Counted from the first letter of the stretch, positions 45,834 to 58,000 are shown. The stretch is DNA of 64,000 nucleotides from Candidatus Iainarchaeum sp. (GCA_026413945.1 JAOAJX010000006.1:1-64000); one strand, 5' to 3'. Numbers and translations are program-made. Notes: generated by a model from the sequence alone, not told the origin.

Positions 45834-47525
45834 GTGAAAGTCCGTGGTTTTAATCTGTTTACAGCACTACTCGCAATGATAATTGTCGTAACAAGCTCCA
45901 TGCTTGTGCTAATAATGATACAAAATGAAAGAAACGCGAACACCATTGTCGAAAATGCAACAAGTGATGCTAGGCTTGAAGCGGTTATAAGGACAATGCG
46001 CACAGATGTGCTCAATTCTTTCAACCATTATGTTAGGGAAGAAATAGAGTACTACACAAGCATGAATCCCATTCCAATAGAAGATCTCTCTGTTTGGGAG
46101 GATTGGGATACACTCATAAGGTATTTTATACACGGTTACTTTGGACGTAGTGGTTCACCCATGTTTGCATCACAGATAGCAAACAGCATGCCAGAAATGA
46201 TAAGAAGCTACCGCGAAACCCTAACTTATGAAGCACGTTACAAAGTTGAAGTTGTCGGCGACGATGAAAAGTTAAAGGATGCAATACTTGAGCTAATACT
46301 TGTATCAGCAGAAGAAGATGATTTCATTGAGGTAATTCAATGTGATGGCACACCGCAGGGCTGCCCCATTGGAAGCTTTTATATTAATCTTAGAATAACA
46401 AAGCTGAGCAATGAAAAATATGAAAGCTTGCCAAGGATTGTGGTGCAAGACCTTGTAACAAAAAAAGAGATTAGGGAAATAATACTTCCAAAGGCAGACC
46501 TAAAGATGTATGTCCCATCACGGCTTTTTAAGGCAATGGCTTATACGAGATATTTTATGCATACTGACTTAACTAATGTAAATTCTTCTAATGATTATGG
46601 TTATTTATCTCCAAGAATACACAATGAGATTGATTCAATGGCTTTAGGCATCTGTGACTATGGATTTTGCAAACCTCGGGAAAATCCATACTTTCCACCA
46701 ACTGCAAGGTTTATTGAGGACAAAGGATGTCCCAATAGCGGCAGAAATCAGTTAGATAAAGTAATTGGGAATTTTAGAGGCCATTCTTTTGTCTATAACC
46801 CATCAGATGGTGCTGATTTAAGAGAATCTCTTGAGAAGCTTGTAAAGATGCGCATATGCGATCTTTCTGCAAAGCATGTTGCACCTTTAAGCACAGATAA
46901 ATTCACAGTTGCGAAGGGGCCTTCTGTGGAAGGCGTTGATTGCTATGTTACGTTTGATAGGGTTTCAGCAACTGCTACATCTGCGAAAAAAGTAGAATAT
47001 TCTTTGCCGGGCCTTACTTTACCAGGCATAATGCCACCCCAAGAGCCAAACAATCCAAGTGCATGTCCCTTCAATTTCAACTTACCACAAAACCGAAATT
47101 TGGGGTACTACATAGAAGGAAGCAAAATTAAGTGGCCGTCAGAGAAAACAATTAGCGTCCATCAAGACGTTTGTAGTGCACTTTTAGCTACTGTGCCAGG
47201 CCTTGAACAAAAGCTAAGGTTTTGTGGTGTTCAAAATTGGAGTTGTTGTGCAGAGATTGCTGAAGCTACCTTTGTAGTTACTTTTATAGAAGGCGATGCA
47301 AACTATAAGGTAAACAAGAACAGGAATGTGAGATTTATGTTCCAGATTCCTGACATGAGCTACACGCCATTTAATCCAAATTACACTTCTGGATCAGTGC
47401 TTGGAACGCTTGGTTGTGCTTTAGAGCATCAGCCGAGATTACAAAGCTGCAACCCAGATCAATGGACTTGCCAAACATATGAGTATCAGGGCAATGTATA
47501 TGGCTGCTATCCAAAAGTGCCATAA
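45834..47525 (+). CDS. Large class III signal-like protein (563 aa), Cys-rich
   Basis: MKVRG-FNLFTALLAMIIVVTSSMLV followed by a long helix and Cys-rich globular domains; lies between G1 and G2. Confidence 0.68.
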   Translation: MKVRGFNLFTALLAMIIVVTSSMLVLIMIQNERNANTIVENATSDARLEAVIRTMRTDVLNSFNHYVREEIEYYTSMNPIPIEDLSVWEDWDTLIRYFIHGYFGRSGSPMFASQIANSMPEMIRSYRETLTYEARYKVEVVGDDEKLKDAILELILVSAEEDDFIEVIQCDGTPQGCPIGSFYINLRITKLSNEKYESLPRIVVQDLVTKKEIREIILPKADLKMYVPSRLFKAMAYTRYFMHTDLTNVNSSNDYGYLSPRIHNEIDSMALGICDYGFCKPRENPYFPPTARFIEDKGCPNSGRNQLDKVIGNFRGHSFVYNPSDGADLRESLEKLVKMRICDLSAKHVAPLSTDKFTVAKGPSVEGVDCYVTFDRVSATATSAKKVEYSLPGLTLPGIMPPQEPNNPSACPFNFNLPQNRNLGYYIEGSKIKWPSEKTISVHQDVCSALLATVPGLEQKLRFCGVQNWSCCAEIAEATFVVTFIEGDANYKVNKNRNVRFMFQIPDMSYTPFNPNYTSGSVLGTLGCALEHQPRLQSCNPDQWTCQTYEYQGNVYGCYPKVP

Positions 47526-47635
47526 ACAGAATATTAAAGGACATTTTAATGCATTTAAATTAAAGATAAGATTAATAAATCACAAATAACTATATAGATA
47601 CCAAAAAAGCCATTAAAGATAGGCGGTTGGTTTAA

Positions 47636-50600
47636 ATGCCATTTACTGAAGCGCTCAAGGAAAAGTGGGAGAATTTTAAGTTTTGGCTTGAGGAACACAA
47701 CATCCCAATACCTTTATTTTTTATATTAGTTATTTTAGCGATAGTTGCGCTTGCGTATTTTTTAATAACCATGTTTTTACCTACAGAAGAAGTATATTAT
47801 TCTCTTAAAATAACTGTTTTGGATAGGCAAAATCAGCCCATAAGCAACGCTACTGTCACAATTAAAAGCGAGTTTTTTAAGGAAAAGACAGAGAAAACAG
47901 ATTCTAGGGGCAGAGCATCTTTTGAACTGCCAGCAAAGAAAGAATTTACAGCAATAGCAACCTATCAAGAGAAATCTGCTTCGCTAAAAATGTCTCTTGA
48001 AAGTGACAGGGAAGAAAAAATTGTGCTTCCAATTGAAATCGTTACTTATGCTGATAAAAAAGTAATATTTTACAAAGGTGAAACTTCTGAGAAGGCAACC
48101 GAGATAAAAGATTTTTCAGCATATTGCTCAAAAGCTGAGTGGAACAAAAACCTTTTGGCTTCTGGCGGTGAGGCCACTCTTGAAAAAATACCAAGTGACT
48201 GCGGAACATTAACATTGCGCATCGGAAGTGAGATATATACAACAACAGACGTAAGTGCAAGGCCTTTTGAGGTCAGGGTTAAAAGCATTGCAACCAAAGG
48301 CAGCATTCTTGCAATAATAAAAAGCTTAGAAACTGGGCTTGCTGTAGGTGCTGGTGAAGTAAGTGTTTCCCTAATCAATGAATTTGGAATTACTATAGAG
48401 GGCCCTCTACCAAGTAGTGCCGCTGGCTCTGTTACTTTTACTGATATTGAACCTGGCAAGTATGCTGTAAGCGTCTCTGGGGCTGGAAAATATAAAAGCA
48501 CAACAAGTGAATACAAAGAACTAAAGGGCGCGGGACAAGTAATATTTGATGTCAGTTTACAGCCTGCTGAAAAGGTTTATAACATAAAAGTGCGAGTATC
48601 TGACACAAAAAGCCAACCAGTAAAGGCAATGCTCGAACTCAGAGATCTTTCAAACAATATCATAGTGCAAAGCAGATATGCTGATGACAAAGGCGAATAC
48701 ACATTCAAAGTTGATGAGAACAAAAGCTATAACCTTATAGTGAAAGTCGGCGAATGGGTTGAAAATTTCAATGTGAGGCCTAGCGAATCTTTTTACGATA
48801 TAACATATGATGAATCAAAGCTCAGTAAATGCGCAACATTATTTGTTTATGTGAAAGACTCTGAAGAAAAGGCACTTGAAAAAGCAAAAGTGGAAATCTT
48901 CAAAAAGAGCAATGAATCTGCTGGTCTACAATGCTCTACAGGTGCAGACGGCAAATGTGAATTTTACAACCTGCCAGAGGGCCTTTACTATGCCAAAGCA
49001 TCTTTTGCAAATTATCCGCCTGTGCAAAGCGGAATTTTTGAGGCAAAAGCAAACATGCAGAAGCCGATTGAAGTTGTAATTAAAATAGAGATTCCTAAAG
49101 CTCAATTCGAGTTTGTTGTTTATGGAGAAAACGATGAAAGATTGCAATCAGTAAACATAACTGCTTATGACTCTGCCTCAAGCAATATTCTGGGAGAAAG
49201 TAAAACTGATACAAACGGGGTTGGTAAAATTTCAGTTCTTGCAGGCCTGAAGCCATACTTTGTTATAGACGCAGAAGATAGTGATTACCTACCTTATATA
49301 ACAATGCCAATGAGCGCAATTTTCGGCATTAAAACAACTAGGGAGATAAGATTAGTAAGAGGAAAAACACTGAAAATAATTTTTGACGGCCTTAAATCGC
49401 AAGATGGTAATGCGGAAAAAACACTAAGTGCTGGTAGTGCCTATAATGCAAAATTCAGACTGATTGTACCAAATAAAGGTTATACTAGTGCGGGCATTTT
49501 TGTTATTTCCGGCAATGACATTTCTGGTAAAACAAACTTGATGGAAGAAGACACAACCTATCTCGGTGGCATAAAAACCTCTGCAACGAGAATCTCGCGC
49601 GGAACCTCTTATACGCCACCGACAGGAACAGCCACAGACCTTGAAAGTGCTACAAATGAAAATGCTAAATGGGTTGAGATGGAATGGTCACTATCAAGGT
49701 TGGGCGTAAGTGGTGGTGTGTTTGAGGCAGAGGTTGAGTATTTTGTAAAGGAAGGAATTTCTGCTGGTGAGTTAGCAAAGATTGGTTATAGAGGATATGC
49801 GCAAGCAGATAGTGTAGACAGAGATCCTAAAGACAATATCTTGGGAAATAAGAAAAATTCACCTGAAAAGCATGCACTGTATGCTGCAACATATAGCTTA
49901 GTTTATTCAGTGGGCGAAACAAACCTTTGTGATGGCAAGTTCTGCAAGAGCTTTTCCATAGAAGATATTCAAAGAAGAACCAAAAGCTTTGTAACAGATA
50001 CCTATTCTGCACAGCTTAATAGCAACTACCGCCTTAGCTTTGTGATTAATAGGCAGGCCGGATCTTCAGGCAATGCAACACTTAGAATATTTGATGAGCA
50101 GCGCGCATTTAGCTATGGTAAATATGAGGTTATAATCCCTGATGGTTCTGAACAAAAAGGAACTGCGGAAAAGGAGCTATTGGTAAATTTGGGCTCATTT
50201 AGGCAAAATTCATCAGTATCGGGAACGCTGCAGTTTTCTACTTTGAAGGAAGGGGATATTCCTTTAAAAATTCTTATAGAAGACGCATCTGGAATTGTAT
50301 TTGAGCATGTGATAACAATAAAGGTAGCGCCTGCAAGAGAACTTTCTTTAGATGTTGTGCCAAAAATACTTATAGCTTTGGTAGATAATGAGGTGCTCTT
50401 TAGGTTTACAGATAAAAATACTGGTGAACCAGAAAGCAATGTTTCAGTTACGCTTTATCTCGATGATAAGATCATTGCTTCGGGAATTACAGATTACGAT
50501 GGAGTTTTACCATACAAAATTGAATCACCCTCTGCTGGCTCTGTTTTAAAAGTCGTTGGTAGAAAGACCGGCTTTAGAAAGTTGGTTCAGGAAATCAAAA

Positions 50601-53600
50601 TAGAATCTAGCGCTTTAAAATTAACCCCGCCAACTCTTGACTTGGAGCTGCAACCAGAAAGTCGTGAAGAAGCAGAGCTTATTTTTAGAATTGAAAACCA
50701 AGCGCCTTTCAAGTTGAAAATTGGTGCAATAAGTATTGATGGCCTAGAAGATCTTGTAGTTGTGGGTGATATCTCTTCGTATATTGGTAAAGAAATTGCT
50801 CCGAGCAAAAGTTTAGACGTAAAACTCAAGGCCAAATTAAGTGATAAAGGTAAAAATATAGATGTAACAAAAGAGCTTTTGGGTGCAATATCTGTCACCA
50901 CTGAAAGTTCATCACCAGCCAAGGAATGGACCGGATCTATTGAGCTAAGGGTGAGAATAAAGCTTGGCTCAGCACTTGACAGCATAAAGTGCTTAGCTGT
51001 TGAGCCATCATCTTGGGAAATAAAAAGTTATGGCGAACAGAAAAAGCTTACCTTAACAATAAAAAATAACTGCACAGTCCAGGGCATACCTGTGCCACTC
51101 AAGGAATTAAATGCTAAGGTTAGATGGCTTGGTGAGAGCGCAATTGGCAACTTCCAAATAAGTGGAGACGATCTCGAAACAACAGAAATTGAAACACAAT
51201 GGACAACAATAAGTGATTCATTGGCTAAAAGTGAAGAGCGGGAATTCATTTTGTTCTTTAATCCAAGCGCTCAACTGACAAGTGCGAATGCTCAGCCAAA
51301 GATAGAGTTCTCAGCAAATTATTATTCAGATAAAGGCATAGATAAGCCGAAAGCAACTATGAACATAAGCATAAGCGTAAATAATTTGCTCAAATGTTTG
51401 CAGATCGTAAGGCCTCAGGGCATAGAGCTTAAGACTTGTGGCTTTGACACGGGATGGGGTCTTAATACAAAATACTTTGACAGAGATCCTTACGAGGCAG
51501 CGCAGCAACAGCAGTATTTCGCATGGCCCACTGTGCAGTATATACCACCGTGGCAGACATCAGCACAAGGGCAAAGCACCCAATGGAAATGCACATCAGA
51601 TAGCGCTGACATAATCATAGATAATTCTTGCGCCCAGGACGTTGATATAACTGTGCAGGCCGATTCTGGTCTTATTGCAAAGCCAACATCTTTGAAGGTA
51701 AATGCAAACTCATCGAAAAGCTTCAAAATTGAGCCAGCTACAGCTAAAGGCCAATTTAATGTTAAAGTCCTTGCAAAGTTTAGTTCATCAAGCAAAAGAG
51801 CTGAAGAAATAGACAACTTTGCTGTCAAGGTTGTAAGACATGATGAAATGCTAGAGGAATGTTTGCCAATAATAGAGCCAAGGACTTTAAGAGCTAACTT
51901 TCTTGGCTGGCAGCACACAGTTGCAAAGATATATAACAAGTGTTACCACCTCGGTTATGCTTTAAGCCAGCTTAAGCTTAGCAACATACATTGTTATTCA
52001 CCTTCAAGCAAAGGCACATCGCTTGAGGGACCATGCCCAATGATAAAAAATATGGTAATTGCAAATACTGAAACAAAAAAGGTTTCAGAAAGAGAAGAAT
52101 GGGAAATTATGGAAGTGCACCTATGGTTTGATCCCAGCATAAAGGAAGTCAACCCAATTGACTTTGAAGGATCTGCTGAAGAAGTAATAGGTAACATAAG
52201 GGTCATAGCAACAGACCAGTATATGGCTGCTGTATCACCGGGAATAATTTCGGTTCCAATGAAAGTACCAATGTTGGGAGAAAAGTACTTCCCGGTAAGC
52301 GTCACATTTGAGAATCCCCTTGCATGGCTTGGCCTTTTAGGTGGCCTTTTAAATAAAGGCTCAGACAAGCTCGAGCCAGCACAATGCATAAACCCAAATG
52401 CATTAATAGTTCCAGAGCCACTCACAGACGATCACTTTGTTGATGATTTGTTTATATGGAAGGAAAGCCCGCCTGTGACTGAGTTAGTGCTACCATATGC
52501 TAGATCAAACGAAGAAGTTAATCCATCTGGTGAAGGTGGAAGGGCTTTTTGTGGGAAGGACGACTATATAAGCAACGTTGGCTTTAACTCATGGGAAGAC
52601 CCTAAGTCGGGTGTGCGCCTTTACTTTGAGCTCACAAACGACAAGCATCATATTGTAATGAAAGTAGACAGAAGTAAAATGATAACTGAGTGCGCGAGGA
52701 TAAATATTGAGCTTCCAATCAAGGTAACAAGAGTTTACTACAAAAAAGGCACACAAGAAGTAAAGCTTAAAGTATCTGTAAATGTATTGAACAAAGGAAT
52801 TTCACAGCTTTCAGATGGTTGTGAAAACAGGGCTGCTAGGCTCAACGTCATGCCTAGCTGGGGCGTAATAAAGCCATGTGATGGCGAGGATAAATATGAG
52901 AAGTATGGCTTTGACCGGCTTCTGTTTACATGGCGTACGGATGATATAACTACAAAAACTTGCGAACCTGAACCAAAAGGTGATGGTTATTTCTGCGATG
53001 GTGCGCAGTTTGTAATGCAGACTGCAGCCAAAATAAGAAAGATAAACCAAAGGGTAAGTGAGATAAATACAAGGTTGCCAGCTGAATATCAGGCAGCTGT
53101 TTCTGTAATAGGCAAGAGTCCAGAATTAGTGCAAGAAATAAATTCATCTGAAGGGAAACTATATAAGATTTTCAAGTCGCAGTTCATACTGCGTGACGAT
53201 GTCTCAAACAGCAGTGCACTTGTTTTTGTTTCCAAAGAAGGCCTTTTGCTAGGCCAACCGCCATTGCCTCAAGAAGCTTGCAGTGCATCACACATAGAGA
53301 CTACTCTTAGTAACATAATAAAGGCACCTCAAAATGAGCTCGGTGCGATAGACGCAATGAATATTTCATTCGCACAATTCGAAGCCCTTTTAGCAAAATG
53401 CTATGGTAATGACATTGGTATGGGAAATGCGGTTGCTTTAACTTCAAAGGAAATCGATTATATTTCTGATGTTCAAAACATATGGAGCAACATTAGGAAA
53501 GTAGCAGATGAGATAAAGCTTCCGAGACAAAATGCATATGCTCTTACATTTTCAGAATATCTTACCATACACGAACAATTAACCGCTGGAGTAAAAGCAA

Positions 53601-54955
53601 ACATTGTTCAGAAAAACAGAAGTGCACCCATAACCGTAAACATTGGTCAAACTTCCATAACTGCTACGGAACAAGAATGGACAAAGTTCCTATTAGAATA
53701 TAGCAAACGCACCACTTTTATGCTTGTAGTTATGAATAAGCCAGGCCTTTCTCAAGCAATGGAAGAATATATAAGAATAAGAGCTCAAGACATCCTCGGT
53801 AAAACAGAGGAAGAAAGCCTTATAGCAAGTGCAGAAGCATATCTCAAAACAGATAACCTAAGCCGCGCACTTATAGAAGACCTCGACAAAGGAAACGAAA
53901 CACTCAAAATGCTTGGTCTCAAAGTTGATCAGCTTGAATTCAAACGCTACGAAGATATTAATTTTAAAGATGAAATTTCCCAGAAAAGGACAGAATGTGG
54001 CGTAGTTTCTGGCAAATATTTTTACAGAATTGAGCCGAAGATTGCTATTGATTATGCAAGCAACCCGCCAAAGATAATTGTTATGCAATACATTGTAAAG
54101 CTAGCACTTACAGAATCACTCGAAGCCATTGACAAAAGAAAAGGAACTAAGTTTTCAGAAAATCCTCTGATGTATATGTCATTTGATGGAGAAATAGGTA
54201 AAGAAAGTGTTGGTGCAAACTACGGTGTTGGTATAACACTAGCAGGTGCAGTACCTTCTGAGCTGTTCTATAATGAACACGGCGAACGCATTTATCCGAG
54301 AAAGCCGGGCGTCGCGCCATTGTCATTCTCCTATAATGGGAAATTTGAAAAGAGCAGGACTGGTGTTTTAGTTAGCATAGACCTTAAGTCAAAAAAGATG
54401 GAGTATATACCAAGCTATCCTTTTATGCTGAGAATTATCTCGAAAAATGAAGGTCAAAATGTGGTATATTACAGATTGAGCAATAGAGAATATTATGGGG
54501 ATATCAAGGAGCTTTTCGTTTGGCACCAGCCAAGTGAATCAAATACTGAAGGCACTGAAGCAAAGCCTTTTAGTGTCGACAGCTTTGGTATGCAAGAGCC
54601 AGATAGCTTTTGCTCTGGTTGGTCACAAAAAACAGAGGCAGCAAAGCTTATTATCGGACAAGGTGCTTGGTTTGCCATGAGCTATGTTCCTTCAAGGGCC
54701 GCAAATGAATACCTCAAGCTTGAGCTTATTTGTGCAAAAAATCCCGTTGTTTTAAGCACAGTCACTTACGAAGGCCAAGAGTACAGCACCTCTGAAAGCC
54801 GTGGAGTCGAAGGTGGCACCGTAAGAATAATAGACACTGCAAGGCAGCCATCGCTTAAAGAATATATTGAGAAGATTGAAACAGGAGAGATATGCATAGA
54901 AAATATCAGCAGGACACAACTAAAGCTAAGATGGAATCCAGCAATATTTGGGTAG
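47636..54955 (+). CDS. Giant (2439 aa) membrane-anchored surface protein, paralog G2
   Basis: EKWENFKFWLEEHNIP + TM; repeats with TDSRG/ADDKG/TGADG/TDTNG; RDPKDNILGN..LYAATY; FCDGAQ; MYMSFDGEIG; C-terminal ICI..LRWN. Confidence 0.8.
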   Translation: MPFTEALKEKWENFKFWLEEHNIPIPLFFILVILAIVALAYFLITMFLPTEEVYYSLKITVLDRQNQPISNATVTIKSEFFKEKTEKTDSRGRASFELPAKKEFTAIATYQEKSASLKMSLESDREEKIVLPIEIVTYADKKVIFYKGETSEKATEIKDFSAYCSKAEWNKNLLASGGEATLEKIPSDCGTLTLRIGSEIYTTTDVSARPFEVRVKSIATKGSILAIIKSLETGLAVGAGEVSVSLINEFGITIEGPLPSSAAGSVTFTDIEPGKYAVSVSGAGKYKSTTSEYKELKGAGQVIFDVSLQPAEKVYNIKVRVSDTKSQPVKAMLELRDLSNNIIVQSRYADDKGEYTFKVDENKSYNLIVKVGEWVENFNVRPSESFYDITYDESKLSKCATLFVYVKDSEEKALEKAKVEIFKKSNESAGLQCSTGADGKCEFYNLPEGLYYAKASFANYPPVQSGIFEAKANMQKPIEVVIKIEIPKAQFEFVVYGENDERLQSVNITAYDSASSNILGESKTDTNGVGKISVLAGLKPYFVIDAEDSDYLPYITMPMSAIFGIKTTREIRLVRGKTLKIIFDGLKSQDGNAEKTLSAGSAYNAKFRLIVPNKGYTSAGIFVISGNDISGKTNLMEEDTTYLGGIKTSATRISRGTSYTPPTGTATDLESATNENAKWVEMEWSLSRLGVSGGVFEAEVEYFVKEGISAGELAKIGYRGYAQADSVDRDPKDNILGNKKNSPEKHALYAATYSLVYSVGETNLCDGKFCKSFSIEDIQRRTKSFVTDTYSAQLNSNYRLSFVINRQAGSSGNATLRIFDEQRAFSYGKYEVIIPDGSEQKGTAEKELLVNLGSFRQNSSVSGTLQFSTLKEGDIPLKILIEDASGIVFEHVITIKVAPARELSLDVVPKILIALVDNEVLFRFTDKNTGEPESNVSVTLYLDDKIIASGITDYDGVLPYKIESPSAGSVLKVVGRKTGFRKLVQEIKIESSALKLTPPTLDLELQPESREEAELIFRIENQAPFKLKIGAISIDGLEDLVVVGDISSYIGKEIAPSKSLDVKLKAKLSDKGKNIDVTKELLGAISVTTESSSPAKEWTGSIELRVRIKLGSALDSIKCLAVEPSSWEIKSYGEQKKLTLTIKNNCTVQGIPVPLKELNAKVRWLGESAIGNFQISGDDLETTEIETQWTTISDSLAKSEEREFILFFNPSAQLTSANAQPKIEFSANYYSDKGIDKPKATMNISISVNNLLKCLQIVRPQGIELKTCGFDTGWGLNTKYFDRDPYEAAQQQQYFAWPTVQYIPPWQTSAQGQSTQWKCTSDSADIIIDNSCAQDVDITVQADSGLIAKPTSLKVNANSSKSFKIEPATAKGQFNVKVLAKFSSSSKRAEEIDNFAVKVVRHDEMLEECLPIIEPRTLRANFLGWQHTVAKIYNKCYHLGYALSQLKLSNIHCYSPSSKGTSLEGPCPMIKNMVIANTETKKVSEREEWEIMEVHLWFDPSIKEVNPIDFEGSAEEVIGNIRVIATDQYMAAVSPGIISVPMKVPMLGEKYFPVSVTFENPLAWLGLLGGLLNKGSDKLEPAQCINPNALIVPEPLTDDHFVDDLFIWKESPPVTELVLPYARSNEEVNPSGEGGRAFCGKDDYISNVGFNSWEDPKSGVRLYFELTNDKHHIVMKVDRSKMITECARINIELPIKVTRVYYKKGTQEVKLKVSVNVLNKGISQLSDGCENRAARLNVMPSWGVIKPCDGEDKYEKYGFDRLLFTWRTDDITTKTCEPEPKGDGYFCDGAQFVMQTAAKIRKINQRVSEINTRLPAEYQAAVSVIGKSPELVQEINSSEGKLYKIFKSQFILRDDVSNSSALVFVSKEGLLLGQPPLPQEACSASHIETTLSNIIKAPQNELGAIDAMNISFAQFEALLAKCYGNDIGMGNAVALTSKEIDYISDVQNIWSNIRKVADEIKLPRQNAYALTFSEYLTIHEQLTAGVKANIVQKNRSAPITVNIGQTSITATEQEWTKFLLEYSKRTTFMLVVMNKPGLSQAMEEYIRIRAQDILGKTEEESLIASAEAYLKTDNLSRALIEDLDKGNETLKMLGLKVDQLEFKRYEDINFKDEISQKRTECGVVSGKYFYRIEPKIAIDYASNPPKIIVMQYIVKLALTESLEAIDKRKGTKFSENPLMYMSFDGEIGKESVGANYGVGITLAGAVPSELFYNEHGERIYPRKPGVAPLSFSYNGKFEKSRTGVLVSIDLKSKKMEYIPSYPFMLRIISKNEGQNVVYYRLSNREYYGDIKELFVWHQPSESNTEGTEAKPFSVDSFGMQEPDSFCSGWSQKTEAAKLIIGQGAWFAMSYVPSRAANEYLKLELICAKNPVVLSTVTYEGQEYSTSESRGVEGGTVRIIDTARQPSLKEYIEKIETGEICIENISRTQLKLRWNPAIFG

Positions 54956-55029
54956 TGCGAATTATAAAAGCTTAGTCAATAAACAAAAAATATATTAATA
55001 TTAGAGGCGTATTAAAGTTAGGGATATCT

Positions 55030-58000
55030 ATGGGAATAATGAGTTCTTTGCGTGAATTTTATTACCATTTAGAGGATCGCTACTATGAAGTAATAGACAA
55101 AATAAGCACTAAAATACCCATAAACAAATTAACAGATGCTATTGACAAAGTTTTTCCTTCATTTATTCTTTTTATAATACTTTTATTTGTACTTTTAGCA
55201 GCTTTAGTGCTTTTTTTAATTCCATCCGTGGTAATTCCAAAAGATGTCGCATTAAATGTTTTTGTACAGTATCAAGACAGGTTTGGTGCAAAAAGACCTC
55301 TTGAGGGCGCAAAAATTGAGATAATCGTTGGTGAAAAGGTTCATAGGATAACAACATCAGAAAATGGAAAAATTCAGCCAATAATCCTCAAACCAAAAAG
55401 TGAAGTAATACTGCGCGTTTCAAAGGATGGTTTTAAGCCAAACCCGGCTGAGAAAAGCATAACGATGGAGGATGAAAATGCACAGGTAAGCTTTTTGCTT
55501 ACAGAGATAATAAAGACACAGAGCATTAGCTTCAAGATTATAGATGAAAATACAAAAAGCCCAATAGTGAAGCGCGTATCATTATCATTTGAGTGCTCAA
55601 ACAAAAAAGCAAATCCGCCAAAAGCTGCTGAAAAATACACTGATTATAGCGGCAGTATCCAAATAGATGATGTTGAGATTGACTGCTTACCATTGCTAGT
55701 AACGGTAAATGCGCAGGAGTACGAAACAGCAGAAAATGTCAGTGTTAGAGATGGTACCACAATAGCTTTGAGGAAAGTTGTAGAGCTTAAGCCGGTAGAA
55801 CAAAAGGGCAGGCTAATTGTAAATGTCACCTTTAGAGGTGAGTTGCCAGAAGAGAATATTATTGTTGATCTTGAAAAGGATACTGGTGCAGCCCCAATTT
55901 TTATGGAATCTGGAGTTACTAGCAGTGGCCAAGTTGTTTTTGAAGTCTTGCCTGGTAAATACCGAGTAAGAACAAAGGCAACTGCAAATTATAGTGTTGC
56001 GGAATCACAATTTATAAATGTTGGTGCAAACGAGAATAGGTCAATCAGCTTAGAAATTCAGAAGATAATAATTGGCAGTATAAAGATACAAGTTTTTGAT
56101 AAAGACAACTCAAAGCCATTAGCAAATGCCAGAGTAACATTAATTAAAGATAATACTCAGTTTGCATGCGCAGATACAAATGCTGAAGGCAGAGCTGATT
56201 TCCATCTATCCAAAGACGAAAATTTCTTGCTTGTCGTTGATCATCCTGATTACTGTGTTTATCGCCTTAGAGATGTGAGAAAATCGGATAGCATTCTTAG
56301 AATAGGCCTTGTAAAATACACTCAAGATTGTGGCGGCTCCATATCAGTAAAGGTTATCGACTTTGAAAAGCGTGCCATTTCAGGTGCAAAGGTTGCTGCC
56401 TTTGATGAAAACGGTAGCAGCCTTGGGCTAAAAGAGTTGATAACAGACATAAACGGCATCGCGGTATTCAAAGGGTTTTATCTCGGAAGATACAAATTCT
56501 TCGCATATAAGGGCTTTGGAAGCAGCTGGAGCGATATTATTGAGTTCTCGCCAAGATTGGGCACTGAACATGAAGCAGTGATCGTATTAAGCATCCCTAA
56601 GGCAACTCTAAAACTGAAAGTAACTAATGATGGTGGTGAAGGCCTTCCATTTAGTGATGTTATTGTAAAAGATGCATACACTGATAAAGTAATAAAGGGG
56701 CCACTAAAAATTGAAAATATTGGTGGAGATATTGACATAAACATAGATGCCGGCTTTTCTTTCTATTTGTATATAAACAACCCAGATTACGCACCATACA
56801 TAAGCGAAAGAATAGTGCTTAAGCCAGAAGAGCAGAGGCAAATGCATGTAAAGCTTGAGCCAAAGAGAATAAGTGGCGAAATAGCCATTGAATTCTTAGG
56901 CCTTTTTAAAGATGGGCAAAATGCTGTTGTGCTTGCAGCTGGAAAAGAATACATGGCAAAGTTTAAGGTTTCTGTCCCAGAATCTGCACAATATGATAAA
57001 TTCGGGGTGCATCTACGAGTTGGAAAATACAATATAATGGAAAAAGACTTCTTGTTCATAAAAGAAATTTATGCTGGCGGAAACCCAAAAATTATTCGGG
57101 GCATTTCATATAGCCCAGAGCAAGGCATGGGTCATGATTTCAGTCTATTGAGCACTGAAAGTGCAAAATGGGTTAATCTTGAATGGACAAGATTGAGTGG
57201 TGGCACCATTTATGTTTACGCAAAAGTTAAGGTAAAAGAATCCGCATCCTCTGAAGAGCTAAAAGTAATGTGGCGTGCTTGGGGCCTTAGAAAAGGTTTA
57301 ATGGTAAGAGATCCTGAAGATATGGCTTTAGGCAATGCTATGAGCGATGCAGAGCTTTATGCGAAAACGTATGAGCGTATTTATAATGTAGGAGAAGAAA
57401 AGCTTTGCACAGATAAGTGGTGCACTGTTTTCAAAGCACTTGATATTGAGGAAAATGTTGCAACATATATTGATGGAAGCTATACTGCAAAAGTTGGAAA
57501 ACCTTACAAGCTATACTTTAGTATAGCAAACAGTAGCAAATTTGAAACTGACACTTTTACAAATGTCAAGCTGAAGATATTTAATACTGAAAAAAACATA
57601 ACCTTTGGAAACTACATTGTTTATGGAGAAACGGTTGTTAAAGGCAGTGCTAATGCAAATGAAACACCATACATTGAAGTGGGAAATATAAAGCCAAATA
57701 ATGAAATTCATGGTGAGATAGAATTTTCGCCAAAATCAGGCAAATTTGGAAGCATAAATTTACGCTTGCACGATCCAACAAAGCATGCGCACATATTCGA
57801 AGAAACCATTGCGGTTAGCATAATTGCGGCAAGAAACTTCACGATTGACTTTAAGGTTGGTGAAAGCTTTCAGTCAGAGGCGCCTCTGCTGCCAAGCGGT
57901 GTTGAGAATACAATTATTGCTAGAATAAGGGACAAACAATCTGGGCTAGAAGTGTCGGATGCTATAGTTAAGGTTAAGGACTCTACTGGCAACACTATAA

